From the IMG/VR virus record IMGVR_UViG_3300027819_000460, positions 1-42,493 of that record: a stretch of 42,493 nt of DNA; one strand, written 5' to 3'. The DNA is from a virus. Its lineage: Duplodnaviria; Caudoviricetes. Positions 36,102-42,493 of this stretch are shown one piece after another. Numbering within the stretch: the first letter of the stretch is position 1; each line of letters opens with the position of its first letter. The notes under the pieces are model-generated. The model had not been told where the DNA came from. It worked only from the letters and a program-made list of their open reading frames with translations, and searched no databases. A program made the translations under genes and the position numbers.

Positions 36102-36489
36102 GATAGTCGATAGCTACAAGGTACGTGCCCGGCTCGTCCTGCTCTGATAAATCATCGACCGTCAGCTCCTCCTGCTCTTCTGGGTCAAACACCTCGACCG
36201 TCCCGTAGTCCTCGCTCTTGAGGCGTTTGATAAGCTCCGCAGTCAGTGGCTGCGCATCATCTGGGAAGCCACCTTGTTTGTAGCAGTCGCGCTTTTCGCG
36301 CTCCTCGTCGTTCACGCCCGCAAGCACACCCGACCATCGACCTCCGACCACATACCAGTCGGCTTTGGAGCTACCGAAGAACCCATTGCTATCGCTTGCA
36401 AAATTGTTGCCATCCAGTGCGCTGGTTGCCTCGGCTATCGCGTCGTCCGCGTTCTCTGCTTTCACTTTAACAAGGTAGAAGTGGTGCAT
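36094..36489 (-). CDS. Phage hypothetical protein (DWYxxGGRWSG family)
   Basis: DWYVVGGRWSG motif and C-terminal VAIDYH. Confidence 0.75.
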   Translation of the reverse strand: MHHFYLVKVKAENADDAIAEATSALDGNNFASDSNGFFGSSKADWYVVGGRWSGVLAGVNDEEREKRDCYKQGGFPDDAQPLTAELIKRLKSEDYGTVEVFDPEEQEELTVDDLSEQDEPGTYLVAIDYHD

Positions 36490-36493
36490 AAGC

Positions 36494-36883
36494 CTAAGCA
36501 GAGATGGTTACAGCCCGTCCTATAAGTAACTTCTCGTAAGCTTCGACCTTGCCCGCAAGACGCTCTCTTTGCGTATCCTCGCGCACAACCTCCTTCGCAA
36601 CCTCGATAGGCTTGATGTCTCCTACCTCGATACCGAAGAACTGCGCGAGCTGTCCTAGCATAGGTACGTTTTTGAGAACGTCTCCGTTGTAAACACTGAT
36701 GTTTTTGGCTGCATCCTTGTCCGCTTCCATGCTGGCGGGTATCCACGCCAGAAGCACCTCATCCGCAAATTTGACGTCAATGTCATCACCATCCTTGTAC
36801 GACATCGTTAGGTCGCCAAACTTTATACTGCCCCCATTGCTCGCAATTTTCTCTTTAAGTTCACCTACTTTTATATTTGTCAT
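36494..36883 (-). CDS. Hypothetical protein
   Basis: Start MTNIKVG, compact operon. Confidence 0.65.
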   Translation of the reverse strand: MTNIKVGELKEKIASNGGSIKFGDLTMSYKDGDDIDVKFADEVLLAWIPASMEADKDAAKNISVYNGDVLKNVPMLGQLAQFFGIEVGDIKPIEVAKEVVREDTQRERLAGKVEAYEKLLIGRAVTISA

Positions 36884-36887
36884 AAGC

Positions 36888-37073
36888 CTATTTGTTGAAC
36901 TTAAATGCTGGATTAAGGTGGTGCAGCAACTCATCGACCGAGTACACCTCTTGGTAGGCTGGGTGATGTGCTGGGCACTCCACCTCTGTGCTACCGTTGC
37001 TAAACTCTTGGGGGAAAACTCCCGTCCCCTTGCACTCGCAATTTGCCGCTAGTTGTTTTGTTGGCATACGCAT
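36888..37073 (-). CDS. Small CxC...CPxH Zn-binding protein
   Basis: CECKGTG...ECPAH; A-rich SD-less leader. Confidence 0.55.
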   Translation of the reverse strand: MRMPTKQLAANCECKGTGVFPQEFSNGSTEVECPAHHPAYQEVYSVDELLHHLNPAFKFNK

Positions 37074-37139
37074 ATTTGTTATTGATATACCTATATACTA
37101 CTGCTACCCCCTAGCAATGGCAAGTAAGTTATCCACCTA

Positions 37140-37301
37140 TTATGACTGGGAAGTTGATTTGGGTTTTGTCAATGCCGCGTTCTTTCTGCGAGTAACCCAA
37201 CCGTTTTTGCTAATGGTGGAAGGGTTGTGCTTTTCATTCCGTGCCTTCGCACCCTTCTTTCCTGCCTTTTTAAAAAACTCCGCCGTATATATCTTGGTCA
37301 T
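37140..37301 (-). CDS. 53-aa basic KGG-like peptide (not in ORF track)
   Basis: MTKIYTAEFFKKAGKKGAKARNEKHNPSTISKNGWVTRRKN...; TTGCTG-N16-TATGCT-6nt-ATG. Confidence 0.55.
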   Translation of the reverse strand: MTKIYTAEFFKKAGKKGAKARNEKHNPSTISKNGWVTRRKNAALTKPKSTSQS

Positions 37302-37425
37302 GTAAACAGCATACCATGCTACTCCCTACCAGCAATCCACACTCTTCATGGAAAAAAGAAGCCGCCACATTCTCAGTGACGGCAAGGGTGTATTCGGCTC
37401 CGAATGGAATGAGGCTGAACAGACG

Positions 37426-38208
37426 CTAGATAAGCAACTCCAACTCTGTGCACTTGTTGGTCTTCATCAGTGCCGTGATGGCACAGAGGCACAGGGTTGT
37501 GAGGGGATGCAGGACGACCAGCACGTTGGTCATGCCCGACGCTGTAGCGTTCACCAGCTCCACAGGGTCATTGACGATGTAGAGCGTCCCTTCCCCGACC
37601 ATGTGCGGGTTGAGGAAGTAGGGAACTTTGAAGTCCTTGGGGAACTGAAGCCGAGGCTCCTCTCCTTTGAGGGCGATGCCGACAAAGGCTTCGATGACGC
37701 CGCTCTGCCCGTGGACAGGGAGCACCAGGCGCGCTCGGTTCAGACCCTTGCTGCTATACCCACCACCCAGCTCCTTGATGGCACCTTGGTCGAAGTCGGC
37801 AAGGGCGTCGTGGTAGGGGTCAAGGGTCTGCTGATAGGCGAGCGGGTCAAAGCCGGACGACTTGGACTGAGGGGCGGGCTCCTGCTGCTCCGAAGGCTTG
37901 TCGGCGGGTTTGCCCGCACCTTGGAACTGCGCGGCAATCTGTCCCGCAGCATCCTTGGCGGGGATCTTCCTCAATCGCGCGACCAGCTCGATGCAATCGC
38001 CGCCCTGCTTTGGTAGCTTTTTGCACTCGGCGCAAAAGCAGATGAATGCGTTTTTTGCCGGCGTGACGATGAACGGCGCACGCCCTGCGACCACACCCGA
38101 TATCGGGCAATGCCCGCGTAGCTGTTCGCCATCTTCTCGTAGGGTGATACCCAACCACGACAATACGTCAGTGATTGGAGTTTTTTTGATTTGAGCGAAG
38201 TCTAGCAC
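37426..38208 (-). CDS. CHC2 zinc-finger, DnaG-primase-like protein (degenerate TOPRIM)
   Basis: PITDVLSWLGI...LRGHCP...F.VTPAKNAFICFC..C...GGDCIELVA; GAGGAG SD before GTG. Confidence 0.8.
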   Translation of the reverse strand: MLDFAQIKKTPITDVLSWLGITLREDGEQLRGHCPISGVVAGRAPFIVTPAKNAFICFCAECKKLPKQGGDCIELVARLRKIPAKDAAGQIAAQFQGAGKPADKPSEQQEPAPQSKSSGFDPLAYQQTLDPYHDALADFDQGAIKELGGGYSSKGLNRARLVLPVHGQSGVIEAFVGIALKGEEPRLQFPKDFKVPYFLNPHMVGEGTLYIVNDPVELVNATASGMTNVLVVLHPLTTLCLCAITALMKTNKCTELELLI

Positions 38209-38244
38209 TTCTGTCTCCTCTGTGTACTAACCTCCGTAAGTATA

Positions 38245-39210
38245 TCAGGCGGTCAAAATGTTGATTGGCTCCTTCACCGCCCGTAGCCAGGGCGTATCAC
38301 CAAAATCTAACGTCGGCTTCTCTATCGAAGGTCTGCGGCCGAATGACGGGTCATGCTTGAATAGGTTGTAGTTATTCCCCTTTCCGTCCGTAATATTGGT
38401 GAGGGATTTGATGATGGTCTGCATGTGGGGTTCTTGTGTGGTGACATGCAGGCACAACACCCCGCCTTTCTCGATACCGAGGAAGTCCTTGTATATGCCC
38501 TGCTGTATCATCTCTCGGTATTGCAGGAGTTTCCTGCGGTAGCTTTTGACCTTGAGGCTCTTGAGGTCCACACCCTCGGTATCGCGGTCAGCCTCCAGGA
38601 AGAAGTAGCGCCGGCCGCCGTTTGGCCACTCAACTGCAAACACCGAATCGGGACGCAGAGGGCCGCTGTAGTACTCTCCATCCACCGTGATAGGCACGTC
38701 GATAGACAGGGGCCGAGTGCCGAGAATCTTTCGACGGGACAGGAAGGTCAGGCCCGCCTTGCGGCACGCAAGTTCGATAGAGGCAGTGATGCAGGCAATC
38801 ATATACTCGTGCCAGAAGTCCTCTATCTCGTGCCAGGCGTTTGCGGGTCTGGGGTCTACCCGACCGGCCGCTTCCAGGAAGCGCCACGCACGCACCGTGT
38901 TGGCGTAGACAATGGGCTGGTTTTTCCAGCTATCTGTCTCACGCTGCTGCCAGGGCTTGTAGACGTATTGCCCGCCCAACGGGGCGGTGGCCTCGTTGTA
39001 GAAGTCGCACATGCGCTTGACGAGGCTCTCGCTGCTCTTGAGGCCCGGCTGCATCAACAGGAACAGCCACTCGTTTGACAGGGGGCCGTGGTCGTCCAGG
39101 TGCTGGAATACGTCTAAGCCCGTATCACCTGGATAAATCCGCTTGCCGGTGCTCTGTGGCTCGGCAAAGCGGTATCTGCGATTAAGTGCGTCTCGGCGCT
39201 CTGTGCTCAT
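38245..39210 (-). CDS. Replication-relaxation family protein
   Basis: N-terminal wHTH-like region, FWHEY, LRPDSVFAV...YFFLEADRDTE, KLLQY...LHVTT. Confidence 0.85.
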   Translation of the reverse strand: MSTERRDALNRRYRFAEPQSTGKRIYPGDTGLDVFQHLDDHGPLSNEWLFLLMQPGLKSSESLVKRMCDFYNEATAPLGGQYVYKPWQQRETDSWKNQPIVYANTVRAWRFLEAAGRVDPRPANAWHEIEDFWHEYMIACITASIELACRKAGLTFLSRRKILGTRPLSIDVPITVDGEYYSGPLRPDSVFAVEWPNGGRRYFFLEADRDTEGVDLKSLKVKSYRRKLLQYREMIQQGIYKDFLGIEKGGVLCLHVTTQEPHMQTIIKSLTNITDGKGNNYNLFKHDPSFGRRPSIEKPTLDFGDTPWLRAVKEPINILTA

Positions 39211-39331
39211 ATGTCATTGAATGAAAACCTATAATGCCCGTGTCAAAGGTTGCCTTGGGGCATCTCTGGGTGTGGCGGCGTGTGGTTGGGGGCAGCGGGT
39301 AGCGCAATAATTCTACCATGCCCCTGCATTT

Positions 39332-41674
39332 TTAATGTGGTGAGATGTCCACGTCGTCGGGGTCGTTCGGTGGCTTGCGGGTTGGGGTCTTTGGTCGGGT
39401 CGTTATCGCCTTGGATGGAGGCGCATCTGAAGGTGGGGTGGCGTCAGGAAGGATAATTGCCTCACCCTCGATGGTGCGGTTTTCGTCAGGGTCAACACAA
39501 TATGCTTTGCGCATGGTGGCTTTGAGCTTGTCCAATTCCTGGTCGGTGGCCCTAGGCATCCTTTCCATCACACCGCCTTGCACCTTGACCACGAACGGCT
39601 TGTTGTTGTTTTGGTCGCGGACGTTGGCCAGGAACGACCCCACAGGCAGCTTGACATCGTCCGGCTTATCAGCCCGCAAGCGCTTCGCGAATACGTCCGC
39701 CTCGTCGTCTACATTAGCAAGCTTGATACCGACGTTAGACAGGGCGGCTAGGACGGGGTCGGTGATCTGCGTTAGCCGCTGATGCGAGGCGATAATCCCG
39801 ACGTGTTGTTTCCGGCATTGCTCAATTAGTTTGGTGATGTTGGGGTCTTTTGCTATGTAATCCTGGCATTCGTCGATATACACAAAAGTCGGTATGCGAT
39901 CATCCTTTTTAAGGAAAGTACGCTCCTGCGCTGCTCTCAGTACCATAGCGATAAATAGCCTGCCGAATATCTCACATTGGTCCGGCCCTAACATAAACAA
40001 ATTCGTATGAATCACTACTACCTTCGACGATTGCAGCTCTTCATATAAATCGAGTTTGCACTCCTCTGCCGCGACCATATCGGCGATAGACCGATTGGTG
40101 AGCAAGTTTTCCATTCTCCAACCTACTTCCCCGCGACGGGTAATGAAGTCCGTACGGTCGAAATACTCAATGAAGAACTTAAGCACAGGTCCACTGAAGT
40201 GGTTGGCATGTTGCCGCCACTTCCCCTTTTCCGATACTAGTAGGTCTTTAAGCGTCTCTAGTGTGGCGTTTGGCATTTCCATACAGGCTCGAACAGCCAT
40301 TCTGAATACGAGACGCTGCATCGAGGTAAGGTCGGTTTCCAACAAACCCGCAAATATATACTCGAACATCGCAATTGTCGCGTTGTTGGCAGCCTCCTGT
40401 TGGTTTTGGTCGTAGGATTTCCTGCGATCGCGACCCATTGCAAACAGGTTCAGGGCCAGAGGATAGACGACGTCAGGCTCAATGTAGATCAGTTTCCCAG
40501 CCAAGGGTTGGCCATCCGCGAATACCTTGAGATTGATGATGTTCCCAATGAGGTCCATCTCCGAGTTCATGACCACGATGGAGCCAGCGTTCTGTGCTAC
40601 CAAATCGAGGTCTGCTGCTATCATCGCTTGCATGGCTTGTGTCTTACCACGCCTGGGTGGTGCGACGATGTGTATTCCGGTGAAGCGAGTCTCATGGTCT
40701 ATAGAGTAGGGTACTTCCTTCACGAAAATCTTTAGTAAGTCTGTGTTTGTGAGCCACTCACGTATTGCCGTTTCCGGTGTGCCGGGATGCTCGTCGAGAA
40801 AAATAAACTGCGATTGTCCCTTCGTTTCCCGAAGGGAAATTGCATTGCGGTTGGTAGTTAGAGTTGCGCGTAAACTCGCGAACGCTCCCAAGTCGAAGGC
40901 AGATTGAGAGGTTGCCGACATATCTAGTAGCCTAGCTACTACCATTCGTGATTGGGGGTTTGCAGTAGCCCATGAGGTGCGAAACGGCCCCTCTGTATTT
41001 TCGCGCACACTGAGGTCAAGAAATGCGCAAGCTTGGGGTATCATGTCGGCGTAGAACTTGCGTATCTTCGCGATCTTGTCGCGCGCCTCCTGGTTTTGTT
41101 TGTGATTTGCTGCTCGATCTGCTGGATGTTCATCAAAGTAACTTCGGCTTTGCTTTAACAGCAGTTCTCGTGCTGCTATCTCTTGTTCTAGTTGTTGGAT
41201 ATCCCGAGCCCGTGCATCAGAAAATATCTTGGTAATTAGCTTGGCGTTGTCGGTCTGCGGTTCAAATTCTGGTATGACCGCGGGAATTTCGGCAACTGGC
41301 TCGGAGCCGTAGTTCACCATTTTGTCGTGGAGTACCCCAATCAAATGCCCAGCAATGCTATATAGGGCAAACACGGTAACGACGGTGCTCACTCCAAGAG
41401 CTGCCCAGAGTAGCAAGCTCGGCTGAGGGGTCATCTCATATAGGGCCAACAGTGCGATCTCAGGGATGATTGCCCAGAGAAAGAACCGGGTGGCAAACTG
41501 CACGTCGCCGAGGTTCCTGCGAAACGCCTTCCAAAGTGTCAGGTCTCCATTGGCAGCAGTCGGCCTGCTTCGGAGATAGTTTGTTGTGACAGACCAGGCT
41601 ACGAGACCACTGACAATGGCGATGGCACCAAGCACGACGGTAAGTGCCGCTGTGGCAATGTTGAAACTTTCCAT
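39332..41674 (-). CDS. VirD4/TraD-like type IV coupling ATPase
   Basis: Three N-terminal TMs; HIVAPPRRGKT Walker A; LNLF; VYIDECQDY Walker B; RKQHVGIIASHQRLTQI; GGGAGG SD. Confidence 0.85.
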   Translation of the reverse strand: MESFNIATAALTVVLGAIAIVSGLVAWSVTTNYLRSRPTAANGDLTLWKAFRRNLGDVQFATRFFLWAIIPEIALLALYEMTPQPSLLLWAALGVSTVVTVFALYSIAGHLIGVLHDKMVNYGSEPVAEIPAVIPEFEPQTDNAKLITKIFSDARARDIQQLEQEIAARELLLKQSRSYFDEHPADRAANHKQNQEARDKIAKIRKFYADMIPQACAFLDLSVRENTEGPFRTSWATANPQSRMVVARLLDMSATSQSAFDLGAFASLRATLTTNRNAISLRETKGQSQFIFLDEHPGTPETAIREWLTNTDLLKIFVKEVPYSIDHETRFTGIHIVAPPRRGKTQAMQAMIAADLDLVAQNAGSIVVMNSEMDLIGNIINLKVFADGQPLAGKLIYIEPDVVYPLALNLFAMGRDRRKSYDQNQQEAANNATIAMFEYIFAGLLETDLTSMQRLVFRMAVRACMEMPNATLETLKDLLVSEKGKWRQHANHFSGPVLKFFIEYFDRTDFITRRGEVGWRMENLLTNRSIADMVAAEECKLDLYEELQSSKVVVIHTNLFMLGPDQCEIFGRLFIAMVLRAAQERTFLKKDDRIPTFVYIDECQDYIAKDPNITKLIEQCRKQHVGIIASHQRLTQITDPVLAALSNVGIKLANVDDEADVFAKRLRADKPDDVKLPVGSFLANVRDQNNNKPFVVKVQGGVMERMPRATDQELDKLKATMRKAYCVDPDENRTIEGEAIILPDATPPSDAPPSKAITTRPKTPTRKPPNDPDDVDISPH

Positions 41675-41722
41675 CCTCCCTTTTCCTCCTCGCAAAAGCG
41701 TGACGGTTCGGCAGCGAGGGAG

Positions 41723-42493
41723 TCAATAGCCTTGTGCCTCCTCCACGAACTTGTTGAAACTGTTGTCCTCCCGTGTGGGGTCTGGGTGCAGCCCAGCATG
41801 CTTGGCCAACAGCACCGCGTCGTCGTAGAGCGCTCCCTCCACAACCTTGTCACCGATAAGGAGCACGGCACGCTGTAGAAGCTTGGGTAACTCATCCAGG
41901 AAGCGAGTCGCAGCAATGAGACGATTTTCCCGGATCAAGGACACATGGCTGTCTCTTAGATAAAAGCCACCATCCGGCAGCACGATTTGTCCTAGATAAT
42001 GTCCGATAAGGAACTGTCCTATAGCCAGAGCGTCGAAGTCGCCCAGCTCAGCCCTATTCACCCTCGCAAGGATGACAGAACGGGGGTTGAAGGAAAAGTT
42101 GGTGGGCTTGCAGAGCATCCCCTTAAGGACAGGGGAGCGCATGATGCGCTGGGTTTTCCCGTAGGCCCAGACGTGCCCGGTGGTGCTTTTTCTATCGGGA
42201 GGGGGAATGAGGGTGTCGAGTGATTGTGGCCCCTCAGCCAACCTCTCACCGATAAAATCCAAGCCGGTGTCCTTCGTGAGCGTTCCATCGCCTCGGGGAA
42301 ACAGCGTATCAAATACCTCAACAATCGTGCATAATTTTCGGTAATTGAGATTTTGTAGAGGGTTGAAGGAGTGCTGGGTGGGGTCAAAAATCCTCGCCCT
42401 CGGAATGTCGGGCACCTCGTCCGATATGTAGAGGAAGCCTCCTTTCGGAAATTCAATCTGTGTTTGCGTGCCTATGTAAATTCGGTTTTGCAT
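41723..42493 (-). CDS. Degenerate coupling-protein-like hypothetical protein
   Basis: FDPTQHSFNPL motif shared with T4CPs, but no Walker A/B motifs. Confidence 0.6.
   Translation of the reverse strand: MQNRIYIGTQTQIEFPKGGFLYISDEVPDIPRARIFDPTQHSFNPLQNLNYRKLCTIVEVFDTLFPRGDGTLTKDTGLDFIGERLAEGPQSLDTLIPPPDRKSTTGHVWAYGKTQRIMRSPVLKGMLCKPTNFSFNPRSVILARVNRAELGDFDALAIGQFLIGHYLGQIVLPDGGFYLRDSHVSLIRENRLIAATRFLDELPKLLQRAVLLIGDKVVEGALYDDAVLLAKHAGLHPDPTREDNSFNKFVEEAQGY

Larger units (their letters stand above)
1..42493. mobile_element. Prophage-like element: podovirus-type virion module joined to a relaxase/coupling-protein mobilisation module; boundaries not visible
   Basis: TerL, portal, scaffold, capsid, tail and lysis genes are co-oriented on the minus strand; Rep-relax and T4CP at the right end; no housekeeping genes; no integrase in the window. 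Confidence 0.85.

Noticed and set aside
37348-39078. Plus-strand ORFs 37348-38016 and 38425-39078
   Set aside because: Antisense shadows of the CHC2 and Rep-relax genes
1-42493. Stop-codon reassignment (seen in some CPR bacteria and phages)
   Set aside because: Hallmark genes are full length in code 11, and TAA, TAG and TGA all act as stops at coupled junctions
1-42493. CRISPR array, tRNA, integrase/att site, or DGR/retron
   Set aside because: No regularly spaced direct repeats, cloverleaf, recombinase motif or reverse transcriptase seen by eye; a tool scan could still find weak cases

Overview
A 42.5-kb segment of a phage-like mobile element, mostly encoded on the minus strand in standard genetic code. 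The core (about 7.9-32.5 kb) is a podovirus/P22-like virion module: head-tail adaptor, gp10-like tail hub, internal/ejection proteins, TerS, TerL, portal, scaffold, major capsid, tail fibre-like proteins and a holin-endolysin-holin cassette with no visible spanins. Many of these genes have a Patescibacteria (Parcubacteria)-like style: Thr/Ser-rich GIGTTTP proteins with signal peptides, and leaderless or SD-less starts. The left arm carries DUF1640, a HerA-like ATPase, an RHH regulator, an NGO0469-like SSB/initiator, an Acb2/Tad1-like protein and small Zn-finger genes. The right arm carries DUF932, a CHC2 primase-like protein, a replication-relaxation protein, a VirD4/TraD-like coupling ATPase and a degenerate partner. 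Alphaproteobacteria-like accessory genes are interspersed. Non-coding signals read directly from the sequence include a five-copy promoter-like motif (RCGTTACAA-N14-C-TAYNNT, usually 6 nt before ATG), a 24-bp inverted repeat enclosing the anti-defence-like cassette, and three structured-RNA candidates. No integrase, att site, tRNA, rRNA or CRISPR array was seen. Family assignments and taxonomic flavour come from motif recognition, not database searches.
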